Assembly: GCF_018350175.1 (NCBI RefSeq)
Contig: NC_058368.1
Coordinates: 102,116,001 to 102,180,000 of the forward strand
From: Felis catus
Lineage: Eukaryota
DNA: 64,000 nucleotides
Direction of reading: 5' to 3'
The translations under genes were made by a program, and so were the position numbers. The stretch's first letter is position 1; each line of letters opens with the position of its first letter. Below, one piece after another: positions 1-12,038 of this stretch. The notes under the pieces were generated by a model that ran no database searches, had not been told where the DNA came from, and saw only the letters and a program-made list of their open reading frames with translations.

Positions 1-264
1 CCGACTTTTCAAGAGGTTATCACTACAGCCAGACTCATGAAGAATGATTAAGTTCTAGAACTTACATTTTTACCGGCATTTTTAAGCTACCAAAATGGCT
101 TCCGGATGTGATTTTTCCCTCATCCTGGGAACAGGAGAAACAACTTCAGGATAACTAAAGTGAAAGTAATAAGGCTTTTTGAGAAGGACACAAGCAATGG
201 CACCTCAAAAAAACATTATATATCGAATAAGGGCAGCATGCTAGATATATCCATGCCCTATGTC

Positions 265-325
265 ATTGCAACCCTGTGAAACTGACATCGTTATCTTTAT
301 TTTATCGGTGAGGAAACTGAGGATC
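265..325 (-). mobile_element. MIR fragment
   Basis: caaccctgtgaa...attttatcggtgaggaaactgagg resembles the MIR core in reverse. Confidence 0.55.
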
Positions 326-884
326 AATGCAGTATATAATAAGCTGAGCTTTAACCCCCTTGACTCTGCTTCTCTTAGAAGCAGAAAGACTCTGTGCTTT
401 CAGCAAACACCACCCAACTACTACAAATAATGGTAATCGCTGTTGCTGCTACTTTTGTTGTTTTGAATAACAGAATCCTGGAATCAGAGAGCCAGCCGAC
501 TATAGCGTGGTACAGACACCACAGTTGATGCTTTATGTCAGTTACAGGAAAAAAAAAATCTAAGGAAAGTAATTAAACAATACTTTTTGATGCTGGAAAT
601 CCTTCAACACGATTTGCAAGCGAGACCCTGAAATAAAACGTAGCCGCGTAAAAAAGCCCGCCTCAAGACAACTCTGCACAAAGATGGGATGGTAGTAAAA
701 TCAGGACAAATTGGAAACTTTTTCATACTGATTCCTAATGGAGTACAATTGGACCCAACGTTTCCCGTGAGCACACAGATCCAGAAGAAAATTCCACTAG
801 ACACCTAGGGCATATTAACGGGCTGCATTTGTACAGACCTCTACAAAATTTTCCAACGGAGCAAGCTACCCACAGCTCAGACAG

Positions 885-1108
885 AGGAAGCAAATTAGCT
901 CTGCCTCCACTTTTTCCTTCTCTTCAGCCTTCCTCACATAGGGCGATGCCCACCCACATTGCTGACGGCCATCTTTGCTAAGTCTACCAATTCAAGTGCT
1001 CATCTCTTTTGGAAACACCCTCACAAATACACCGCTAAATAATATTTTGCCATCTCTCTGGGCTCGCCTTAGCTCAGTGAAGTTGACACATCAAATTAAC
1101 CACCACAT
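885..1108 (-). mobile_element. MLT2-type ERVL LTR fragment
   Basis: gcccacccacatt...aaacaccctcacaaatacacc...agttgacacatcaaattaaccaccaca is the reverse complement of the MLT2 5' end. Confidence 0.8.
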
Positions 1109-1111
1109 TTA

Positions 1112-1575
1112 ATTTGGTTGTCCCAGCAGCTGTACCTCTGCACATTACTGCCAACAACACACAAGGGTTCCGTGTTCTCCGCATCTTCGCCAATGTTTCC
1201 AGTTTGGGTTTTTTATACCAACCCAGTTCGATCTGATTCATTCATTTTACCTACTGTACACCATTTCCTTCTACGAATATACCATAACTCATTATCCGTC
1301 CCCTAAGGGAAGCCTTTAGGTTGTTTCTGATTCGGTTGCTATTATAATCACCCTCAGCTTGAGCATTTCTAGGTATCTCGCTGCTTGCAGAGGTGAGAGT
1401 TTCTCTGGGCTACATAAGTGGAGTGGAATTTCTGTATCACGGGCAGATATAATTCAAACCTTAATATAATCTTGCCAAAATTCTCTTCAAAGAGGTATTT
1501 TCCCTATATTTACCCTCCCACCAGCTGAATGTGAGGGTGCCTGTTACTCCATATCCTGGAAAATAATTGCTATTC
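1112..1575 (-). mobile_element. Old L1M/L1ME 3' fragments (two pieces)
   Basis: caagggttccgtgttctccgcatcttcgccaa and ctcccaccagctgaatgtgagggtgcctgttactccatatcc are typical reversed L1 ORF2-end motifs. Confidence 0.65.
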
Positions 1576-2017
1576 TCATAACGGACATAGCATCTCCCAG
1601 AAGTTAGGACAAGAAGGATTTCCGTGTCTGCTCTGTCCACAAAGGTACGGATGTTCTGTTAGTGCTTTGTCGTCCTCATTTTCTCTCTTCCCTGCCCCAC
1701 CTACACCCGATACCTGGAGATCCCCCTTTTCCCCTTCTAATGCCAACTTTATGATGACACTGATCTTAGATCTTTTCCCCCACTTGTGAACCTGTCAGAA
1801 GCCCAGCCAATCATCTCCCTCTTTATCAGAACTATGAAGTGAAATGCCTTACAGACCTCGTGGAATTTTCCAGGTAGTGAACTAACACCCACATGTTTCC
1901 CAACCATCAGAATCAGCCTCTAAGCCATTCTTTGGCTAAATTCTGCGGGCATAACCCCACGGGTTGTGGGAGCAGACAAAGAATGCCCAGGTATGACTGG
2001 AAAACCCTTGCCCACAC

Positions 2018-2415
2018 ATTCAGACCAGGGTAAGGCATGTGAGGCACTCAGGCATAAAACTCAAGGGACACAAAAAACTCAATGATCAAGAAAAATGATA
2101 CATTAATTAAATAGTTTTAAAAGGGAAATTAAGGGGGGGGGGCACCTGGCTGTCTCAGTTGGTTAAGTATTTGACTCTTGATTTCAGCTCAGGTTGTGAT
2201 CTCACTGTTGTACGATAAAGGCCCACGGGGGGGGGGGTCCATGTTGGGCATGGAGCCTGCTTGGAATTCTCTCTCTCCCTCTCCCTCTGCCCTTCCCTCA
2301 CTCATGCTCGTTCTCTCTGTCTCTCTCTATCTTCACAGAAAAAGGGGGGGGTGGAAGGAAAATTGATGCAAAACTTCCATGATGAACAAAATGTCAAAAT
2401 TATAAACACAGGATG
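2018..2415. mobile_element. hAT-Tip100-type (Arthur/MER91-like) DNA transposon remnant interrupted by a SINE
   Basis: cagaccagggtaaggcatgtgaggcac...aaaactcaatgatcaag...ccatgatgaacaaaatgtcaaaat. Confidence 0.5.
2139..2344 (+). mobile_element. CanSINE (older subfamily)
   Basis: ggggcacctggctgtctcagttggttaag head, CT-rich region, short A tail. Confidence 0.9.
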
Positions 2416-2639
2416 AGTATTATTATCGCATCTCTATTGACTACAGCCTTTTCAGTCTAATCTAATAGATCCCATCTTTGTATTAAGAGTGCTTTCGACA
2501 CTTAATACAAGTGTATTACCAGTTGTTAACAAGAATCAATTAAGGAAAAATAAAAGTCACTCATATGCCTCATTTAGAAAATTCAAAATGAAACAGCTTG
2601 ATAAATTCTCTTGAATACAGGACTGTCAAGGAGAAAATT

Positions 2640-3008
2640 AGTTCAGATCTTTAGCTTAAACGATAGAAAAGTGTATTTTCGCACAGTTCAAAAGGCTAGA
2701 AGTACAAGAGCACAGTGCCAGCCGAGTTGACTTCCTCTGAGACCCCTCTCTTGGGCTTGAACACGGCCATCCTCTTGCTGACCCTTTACATGGTCTTTCC
2801 ACTGTGTGGGCACATCTTTCGTGTCTCTGTCCTTACAAGGACACCAGTCATACTGGATTAGTCTTACAAGGACACCCTAATAGCCTCATTTTAATGGAAT
2901 CACCTCTTTAAAGGCTCTGTCTCCAAATATGGTCACATTGTGAGTTCCAGGGTGGGGTTAAGACTTGAATATGTGAATGGCGGAAGAGAGCACAATTCAG
3001 CCAAAACA
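2640..3008 (-). mobile_element. MLT1 (MaLR) LTR
   Basis: cacagttc...ggctagaagt, aggacaccagtcatactggattag, tctccaaatatggtcacatt, cacaattcagccaaaaca. Confidence 0.85.
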
Positions 3009-4310
3009 GAGAAAATAAGACACTCGCCATTCATCTAACATGGAAATCTCAATTCTTCAAGCTATCCGGACAGCCTCACATAGCAGCACACTGTGGTTCA
3101 AAATGAGCAGACTGAAGGCAGGAGAACTTCAAAGACCTTTGGAGCTACCCACCGTGACCTTCTCCAGTTCCTCAGGTAACCCACGAACCCTACCAAAGAG
3201 CATTAAGGAGTAGGATACGATCACCGAGGGCAAATTCATACACATCCAGGCAGTCTACCAAACAGTACAGTGTTACTTAACATCACAACTCCGTTGCAAG
3301 TGAGAGGTTCAACAGGGCATCCTATAGCTGGAGTGAAATAATCCAGGCAAACATGGAACCAAAGCCTGGAGTAACGCAGCCCGTTTGTAAATAGCCAGGG
3401 AAATCCAATACGTAACCGGAGAGTTTGGCTTTCTACGTGAAAATTCTCCTTTTGAGGACAAGTGGCATGCTTGTGGTGAATCTAAGAGGTAGCATCGGAA
3501 ATACTGGGGGACCTTTCATCTAGCCAACTGATTTAGGACCCAAAAGAGGGTGTATATCTTATTTAAACAGCATTGCCCGAAGGAAACAAAACAATACTGC
3601 AATTGCTTCCCAAACTCCCCAAATGTAACAGAACAAGTAGTTGTTTGAGGATTCCTTATTCCTGGGCTCTTCTCGAAGAAGCCATATAATCTTTATATTC
3701 TTGAGCCACCACACTTAAGTAAATAAGGAGTCAGACATCAGGGATAATGACGAAATGTGTGGGTGGACTGCTCTTTTGGAAACTTCTTAGATGCCTCAGA
3801 AGAAAAGGATTCTGTAAATCTCAAGTTACAGTTGTAACAGTTCCCTTTAAATGGTGATATGTCTTAGAAAGGCAATTGCAGAAGGTTCCTGTTAACAAAA
3901 GCCACCGTCCATTGTTATGTCTGCTTCCTGTAAGGTACTGGAATCCTGAAGTCCAAGTTTATGGGGCTTGAATGTAGTCTTTGGGGGAGGAGGATGTTGA
4001 CTGATTGTTGTTCCTAAAATAATAATATTTCTCTTTTACGTAGCGGCTGGCATCTTAATAAATGTGAACATGGCTTAATCAGGCTGCAAATCCCTTCTAA
4101 AGTCAGCATCTGGGGGATCGAAGTTACAGGAAACTGCTTTTCTTATGACCATTCCTGCTTAATGCTTGGGAAAAACAAAAAAAAACAAAACAAAACAAAA
4201 TCCCAAACCTGGAATAATACTCCCTACTCATCTCACCTACTTGTTAATCTGGAGTCAGTTAAAGGAAGCATATTGTGGAAAGCATATTGTAATGGGTGAA
4301 TAGCTGTTTT

Positions 4311-4556
4311 AAAAAAAAGAAAAAAAAAAAGAATCGGGGAAGAAAAGGCATGACATTAAACAGTGTACAAATGATCCAGGCTTTTGCTCTACCAAACCTC
4401 GGGGCAATGTCTTTTCAATGTCATTCTTTAGAAAACGTCTTTGAGACCATGCGTGTCTTTTTAAACAAGGCAGGCCAGGGGAAAAAAAGAAGAAGAAAAG
4501 AAAGAAAGAAAAAAAAAAGGTAAGGAAAGAAAGAAAAAAATAGGGTAAAAAAAAAA
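4311..4556. repeat. A-rich / (GAAA)n low-complexity tracts
   Basis: A runs and gaaa repeats at 4311-4330 and 4482-4556. Confidence 0.8.
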
Positions 4557-5263
4557 GCTTTTATTTTAAAAGCAAACAGCTAAGTGATTTGCTGCACACT
4601 TGCCATGAATAATAACGAGATTTGTAGTGTGTTCCTCTTTTTTAATTAGCACGTTGCCTTCTGCAGCAGCACCCTGTCTTATTACAGAGCTCCTGGAGAG
4701 CCCCACTTGAAGTCTTGCACAAAACAAGATGGCCAGAGAGGCCCCAGTGAGCGGCCTTGGAGTAGATCTAGAAAACTTCCATTTTTTTTTTTTCCCTCCC
4801 GGCCTCCTCAGCTTGGTGTCCTTTTTGTTGGTGGTGATGGTTTGTTTTGTGTTGTTTTGTTTTTTCTGTTGAGAGGAAGTACTCACCAGCGTCTAACAGA
4901 GTCCTGGCTAGATTCTTCATTTTGTTCTGCGTAGAAAACACCGCAGAAATGCACGACGCTTTCCTCCTTGGCTGATCTCTGAATTATGTCTTTGCCATTC
5001 AAGGCATAGAACTAAACCAGTTGTAATGGGGGCAAGATCAGAGATGGGCATCAGGCTATCAAGATCACAGGTGGGGCAGAGCCAGCCACACCATCTTCAC
5101 TCAATAAAACAGTGTTCAGATGTTAACACAGGCACTTGGGCACCCAAACAACCGAGCTTATAAAGGCCCGTATACTGCACATCTGTCTGGAAAAGATTCA
5201 GTGGTCTAAATTAGGCATCCAGGTACCAGTGGCAAGAAAGTAATTTGGCTACTTTGGACAACT

Positions 5264-5498
5264 TTATTTTTTAAAAAAAGACTTTTTTAAAATATTTATT
5301 TTTTTCAGAGACAGAGAGAGACAGAGCGTGAATGGGGGAGGGGCAGAGAGAGAGAGGGAGTCACGGAATCCCAAGCAGGCTCCAAGCTCTGAGCTGTCGG
5401 CACAGAGCCCAAGGCTGGGTCCAAACACAGGAACTGTGAGATCATGACCTGAACCAAAGTCAGACGCTTAACCGACTGAGCCACCTACTTTGTGCCCC
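5264..5498 (-). mobile_element. CanSINE with 15-bp TSD
   Basis: Reverse SINE body; TSD ctactttggacaact at 5249-5263 and 5498-5512. Confidence 0.95.
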
Positions 5499-7276
5499 TA
5501 CTTTGGACAACTATTTTATAACCTCTTACAAGGGGAAGTTCAAAGGCAATGTGTCGGGGCACAAAAAGCACTCGGGAAAAGGCAAACCAATCTTGCAGAT
5601 CATACTTGTGTCCGTAATTACAAAGCATTTAGCAACATCCCTGTCGGCAAGCCCTAAAACGCAAGTAAAAATACCAACCGGCGCAGGCACAGCTGTAGGG
5701 TTCCGCGTGCACCCACACCTATCCGGTGCAGAATGTTAATTTGTTTTCCATCACCGGGAATGTTGAGCATGCTGACACAGCTAGGTGAGGCAATCTAAAA
5801 TTGTTCCAGGATTTGATTTTCATGTGAATGCAGCCTACAGCTGCATTTGATAGTGCACCACATTGATATGACACCTTTTCTACAAGGTCTTTGGTAGAAT
5901 ACATCTGCTGAACAGAACTGAAACAAAATATGTGCCTTGACTCAAACTTGTGGCGGAGAGCTATCAAAGTGGAAACTTGCTCAAACCTATTTGCATAATA
6001 TGCAGATGCAAATCTAATGAGAAAGGTATATTGACAGCCCTTGCCTTGTTATCTGGCAATGCTGTGCATAACAGTATGTGGTACCCAGACATAATCTCCT
6101 GTAATGTTATTTTGCAATTTAAATGTTTTCTTTTTTTTTTTTTCCCCTCCTGCAAAAGAAGACACGCGTCAATAAGTGTCAGGCATCAATAACCGACATT
6201 TGAGATCGAATAAACTGCACCGGCCCATTCAGACGGAACCTGCCCTGTTTATTTTGGGACACAGGTCTTCACGCCGTGAGCTCGTTCTTGGTGGAAGAAC
6301 AGGGAAGAGGCGATAGTCCCAGACGAACACTGATGCCTCATTTTCACTTCTGTTCCAATGGCTGCTCTTTCAGCCCTGGTGCCAGTTCTGAGTATATTTC
6401 AAGGAACATTACTGAGAACAAAATCGAAGGCCATCAATATTAATGATCTGAACCAGGAAGATAGCTTTTAGTGTGCAAATTAATTACCCTAATCACAGGG
6501 TTTTTTGTATCCATTTTAATGAAATAACTATTTATTTCATTGAATCCTGGGCTTTTCTTTTGCAAATAAGGCACATTTACATGATAAATACATGAAATTT
6601 AAAAGGATGACTAAATTAAATTGGGGACAAAAAAGACCTTTTTAAATACAATTTTCTTAGGAAAAACAGCTAGATTAATGGGTTGGTTAGCTGACTGGCA
6701 TCTGTGATTAAATCTTTTTTAATGTACGTCAAATAGAATTTAATGGACCTTGAGAAATGTCTACACAGTCAGTAATATTCAGGGACTGGGGGAGATTCCA
6801 GTTGTCTCCTGTCATTTGTTGGTGAGCTCCTGAAGCCTTGGCCTTGGGATTCTGCTTGACACATGGAATTCGCACTTTGAGTCCCTGCTTTATCCCGGGG
6901 TTTTCCTCTTTGCTTGAGCGTATCCTCCTCTTTAGAGGAGGGGGGTCTTGAACAAGGTAACCAACACATTCGCTGAACAACAGTGTGCGCCCCAAATCAC
7001 CATGCTATCAATGAAAGCATGAAAGGAGTTGAACTGGGTCTCATATTTAATCATCTAATTCACATTTGTTGCAAACTGAGCTGGCCTGGGTAACGAGAGA
7101 GGGAGAGCGATGGGGGCGGGGGAGGGGTATGGGGAGAAAGGAAAGAGAGAGGCTGCTTAATTCAGAGGAATTTTCAATGAATCTTTCAGAGTCTATGGGT
7201 TTTGAAAACTTTATTTATCGTGGGTAAGCTTTGAAGCACATTCAACAGAAGAGAGATTTGAAACACGCTCCGGCTC

Positions 7277-7277
<1 letters not shown>

Positions 7278-7308
<31 letters not shown>
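7278..7308. repeat. poly(T) tract
   Basis: About 30 consecutive T. Confidence 0.95.
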
Positions 7309-7309
<1 letters not shown>

Positions 7310-8469
7310 ATAACAGACCCAAAGAACAGAGCATCTTTCTCTGCTAGCTTCCCCCACCCCCCTTGGTGGAGCCACCAGAGATGTCTCCCTCTGCCTTTGA
7401 TTTGGAATGATCAATTACAGCTGTGGCAGCCGGGCAGGTGGCCCCAGGCATCCGGGACAGGAGCCCTCTCCCCGCACATTAGGATTTACATTTCAATGGC
7501 TGCCACCGTTTTAAAGATAATTATAACCTTTTCCGATTAATAATTTTCGGTGGCTTCTCTAATATTGTAACAACGTAAATATTAATTTAGCCGGTTTAAA
7601 GGAAATCTCCCTCGCGCTCCCCTGGCTCCCCCCACCCACCCACCCCCTTCACTACCTCAGAAAATGTAGAACAAAGGGCTTCAACCCCCATCTGTCCGGG
7701 GCAGAGTGGAGTTGGGGAGGTAGGATGCTGAATCAACACACAGAGATTAAATACCCAGATCCTAACCTGCCCACCATCACCCCCCCCCCACACACACACC
7801 CCGATCTTAGCGTTTTGCAGCAACGCAAACACAGCAGGCAGACGGCAGGAGCAAGAGACAATGAAGCGACTTTCTGCCTGGGTAATATTTCTAAAGCCAT
7901 GATTTGTAAGAAGTAAATTGTTTTTGGTTTTCGCCAACGCAGAAAGTCGACCCGCAAAAGCTGGCAGATGGGATTCACGTTCCTTCAGTCGTATTCCAAG
8001 CGTGGCGGGAGATCTCACAAGGATGAAACTGTCTCGATGAACTCAATATTCTTGAAGAGAACAAGGGAAATTGCCCACAAAAGATATTGAGACTATAAAG
8101 GGGCTTATATTTCACTGTTACGGCAAACTTCTTTTCTGCTTATTATCATTCCAACACTTTATGTCCCATCAGCTGATGCAGCTGGGAAAAACATCACATT
8201 GCACAAACAGATGTAAGACTCACTCACATTGCCTGACCATGCTCCGCGGACCGTGATCTATTTTTTGCCGCCCCACAAGTATTTGAGCATGTTAGAGGCA
8301 CGAGGACAGGAATTTTTTTTTTTTTTTCTTTTTACCTTCATTAGGTTGCTACAAGTATCCTGTTTAGGGCCGGGTGCCTCACATCACTCAGAATCATCCC
8401 AATAATTTAAATCAGGCAAATAAACCCAAGCAACATGTCTCCCACCTCCAGAGATAAAGAAGAGGAACC

Positions 8470-8593
8470 CAGGGGGGTGGGAGGGAGGGGAGGGTGAGCG
8501 ATGGGCCTCGAGGAGGGCACCACCTGTGGGGATGAGCACTGGGTGTTGTATGGAAACCAACTGGACGATAAATTTCATCTTAAAAAAAAAAAA
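8470..8593 (+). mobile_element. Severely 5'-truncated felid L1 (3' UTR end plus poly-A)
   Basis: G-rich tract, gggatgagcactgggtgttgtatggaaacc, A tail; TSD aagaggaacc at 8460-8469 and 8594-8603. Confidence 0.9.
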
Positions 8594-9394
8594 AAGAGGA
8601 ACCGCGTATATGAAGAAAATTGGTAATGGGGCTGGTCAGGTGTTGCGGGCACCGCATTCAGCTGCTCCCCTTGATAAAGTGCAGAGCCACAATAATTGCT
8701 CTGAGATCTCTTTACGGACAAGACCTTTCTTTCCTAGGCACCAAAGCCACGGGATTGAGCATTGCTTGAAAGTGACTTGGGGAATAAAAGTGCTCATGAA
8801 ATATGCATGACTAACACATAGGCCTGCCAGGGGAACTTAGTGTATTATGTATGACCCTTCTGTAATTGTAAGGAAATGATATTCATTTAAGTGGATGTTT
8901 ATCACAGTTAAAGGTGCACCTAATGAAACAAAGGTCGTAAGCCTAAAAACGTAAGGTTGTAACCCCTTTATTGTACCGTTTCTCTCTCCCTGTTTGAAAA
9001 GAGCTGGCCTTTATGAACAGCCGTGTTTTTTCCTAACACCTGTGTGCTCTGTTTATGCAGACTTAAAGAGTTCCTGTCACCCATATTTAAATGCCAAAAG
9101 GACTATTACATTAAATGTTCTTCTAATATTATATCCACACATCTGGGACATATCAGACAGCAGGCTGCAATATATATCAATTCAGGCTAGAGTTTTTAGC
9201 TACTGACATTTGCTTGGCTGAGAGCATTTCTCCCCCCACCGTTTCTCTCTATGGGAAATGGCTACCAGTACGCTCAGGCAAGAACTGGGCTTTTATTCCG
9301 AGATCAGCACTGAGGCCAACCTCCTGGACTAGCCCTGGGTCTGATGCCAAGCTACAAAAGGCCACAGTTCAGAGCAGACAGATGGCAGGACTCT

Positions 9395-9615
9395 CAGGAG
9401 TAAAAGTCCCCAGACTGGAATCCAGCTCCGGTCCCCACGAGTCCTGTGACCTTGGGCAAGTGACTTCACTTCTCTGTGCTTCTGAACAAATTGTCATCTA
9501 TAAAATGAGACCCATAGCCCGTTGTGACCTCGCGGGATAAATGAGTTAATACTTCAAAAGCACTTAGAATAGTGGCTGGCGTGTAGTTAAGTCCTACGTG
9601 TTTGTTAAGTGAATA
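9395..9615 (+). mobile_element. MIR
   Basis: tgtgaccttgggcaagtgacttcacttctctgtgct...catctataaaatgag...aaagcacttagaatagtggctggc. Confidence 0.85.
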
Positions 9616-10255
9616 AGAGGGACGGTTGACAAAGTCGGTTTGTTCTGCTGTTTCCTCCCCCCAAACTGGCATTTTCTTTTGCACCTAATTCACTTCCTCA
9701 AGCCCATGTTCACCTTTAGGTTTTTTTGGATGGCCGTGCCACACCTCAGCCGTCGAAGCTTCTAGCCGAGGCCAACTGTGTGCAATGGCAGGCCTTAGTG
9801 AGGGTGGCAATGAGCCATTTGGTGGAGGTTCAGCAGCTTATAAACCGTAAGCACCTTTGGACTTTACCAGTCTCACGGACATTTAGCGGGGAAGTGCAGA
9901 CAGCGCTGGAGAGCAGGTGAAAAAAAAAAATCACTCTAGAAAAACATGCAGTGGATAAAACCCCAAGAGTCTTCATGAGCCAGATCCAAATTAATAATGA
10001 CTCTCCAAATTACCTTAATGTCATCTTGTTTTGCTTCAGGTTGTGAGGCACAAAAAGAAGAAAAAACAGAGATGCCACCTTATGCGAGGAGGCATGCATT
10101 AACTCGAAAGGCTTTTATGGGTTTCGTGATGCTTCCGTTATTTCCTTCTGATCTCAAAGTGGCCATTTGTGATGGACAGGGCGGTGCTCACCACGCCTGC
10201 AAGGTTTCCGCTAGTTTGCAATCCCCTGACTTCCCCTTCCAAGATGTAACTTCTT

Positions 10256-10483
10256 TTTTTTTTTTTTTAATTTTTTTTTTCAACGTTTATTTATTTTTGG
10301 GACAGAGAGAGACACAGCATGAATGGGGGAGGGGCAGAGAGAGAGGGAGACACAGAATCAGAAACAGGCTCCAGGCTCTGAGCCATCAGCCCAGAGCCCG
10401 ACGCGGGGCTCGAACTCCCGGACCGCGAGATCATGACCTGGCTGAAGTCGGACGCTTAACCGACTATGCCACCCAGGCGCCCC
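10256..10483 (-). mobile_element. Young SINEC_Fc-type SINE
   Basis: CpG-rich near-consensus body; 17-bp TSD ccaagatgtaacttctt at 10239-10255 and 10484-10500. Confidence 0.97.
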
Positions 10484-10597
10484 CCAAGATGTAACTTCTT
10501 ACGATGACCAAAGTGGTCTGACCTAAGATTAAATAGAAACCATCAAGTCCGTGAAGAGTATAGGATTTTCACATGGGCCAATAGAAGATAGCTGTAA

Positions 10598-10635
<38 letters not shown>
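10598..10635. repeat. (AAT)n microsatellite
   Basis: About 12 aat units. Confidence 0.95.
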
Positions 10636-10636
<1 letters not shown>

Positions 10637-10704
10637 CTGATAAATAATAAAAATGGTTTTCTGAGATTTTAGAGAAAAATCGCTGTCATCCAATCACAAA
10701 TAGC

Positions 10705-10925
10705 AAAGGGTTCTGGAACCGGGCTATGTTTGAACCCCGGTGCTAGGCCTTACTGTGTGACCTAGGGGAAGTTACTCAACCTCTCTGTAAGTGGGCTAAG
10801 CAGGCCTCAGTTTCATCTCCTAAACAGGGATAATAGTAAAACCAGGCCGTCGAGGTGGTGTGCCTTATACACAAGAGAATGTCTATGAGGATCTGGAGTA
10901 TAAGAACTCTGGTATTGTAAGTTAC
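10705..10925 (+). mobile_element. MIR
   Basis: tgtgtgacctaggggaagttactcaacctctctg...cctcagtttcatctcc. Confidence 0.7.
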
Positions 10926-11031
10926 TGTAGTAGTATTATTTTTAGAATGAAACCAGCGTTTACGAAGTTTTTGGCATCATCATACCATTGCCAGTGTTTT
11001 ACGCACAGAGGGATTTGTTCGCGACACCAGA

Positions 11032-11502
11032 CGTGGTATCTAAATATGCCCACAAACTCTGTGACATTCCTACCTTTAAACAGGAAAACGTCTTTCTCCT
11101 CCCCGTGACCGCACCAGTGACTCACTTCTAATGACTGGAACGTAATTGAATTGACGGCAGGTGAATTCCAAAGCCAGCTCATAAAAGCCACTTCCATTCC
11201 TGCCATGTTCGCCCTCGGATTACTAGCTCTGGGAGGAGGTGCAGTGAGGATATTCAACCCCATGGAGAGCAGTGTAATGGGGAGCCCATGAGACTGAGCC
11301 ATCTTGGAGGAAGGACGCCCTTCAGCTCTTAGGTGGTTTCAAACCTCAAGACTTGGAGTCTTCCAGATGAGGCCCGGGCCTGTGGAGCAGACAGAAGCCA
11401 TCCCTACCATGCCTTGTCTGAATTCCCAACCCAATGGAAACCAGAAGAAATGATTATTGTGGTTTGGGGGTCATCTGTTACGCAGTGATAGAGAACTAAT
11501 AC
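11032..11502 (+). mobile_element. MLT1 (F/G/H-like) MaLR LTR
   Basis: aaatatgcccacaaactctgtgacattcct near the start; gagccatcttgg, tctgaattcccaaccc; ends tgttacgcagtgatagagaactaataca. Confidence 0.75.
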
Positions 11503-11814
11503 AGCAAGCTTCAAGATGACGAGGGAAGTTTCACTTGTTAGGCTGAGGAAGTGTTTATAGAGATGGAGAGCAGAGCAGTGTGGTAAATGAGGTCAGGCAG
11601 AGCCTACAAGGTACATTAGCCAACTGGTTTTTTCTATCTCAGAATATATTACTTTGCTTTTACGTACCTCTAACACGGGAATCTTCTGTTCGGAGGTAAA
11701 TAATCCTATCCAATGTGTAGTTCTTATTTCTATGATAGCCAACCCCCCCCCAAAAAAAAGACCCCAAAGGCCAGTCGGTCTGGGACTCTTTTTGCAATAA
11801 AATTCCCATGTCCC

Positions 11815-12038
11815 GGGGCGCCTGGGTGGCGCAGTCAGTTAAGCGTCCGACTTCAGCCAGGTCATGATCTCGCGGTCTGTGAGTTTGAGCCCCGCGTCGG
11901 GCTCTGGGCTGATGGCTCAGAGCCTGGAGCCTGTTTCCAATTCTGTGTCTCCCTCTCTCTCTGCCCCTCCCCCATTCATGCTCTGTCTCTCTCTGTCCCA
12001 AAAATAAATAAACGTTGAAAAAAAAAATTAAAAAAAAA
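11815..12038 (+). mobile_element. Young SINEC_Fc-type SINE
   Basis: Near-consensus; TSD aaaattcccatgtccc at 11799-11814 and 12039-12054. Confidence 0.97.

Noticed and set aside
4264..4290. Short tandem repeats such as aagcatattgt x2 (also agaagtaaca x2 near 13045)
   Set aside because: Ordinary slippage duplications.
9997..10494. 165-aa ORF and similar ORFs at 11660, 34124, 40890, 49322 and 53935
   Set aside because: The shared peptide text is translated SINE sequence, not a protein family.
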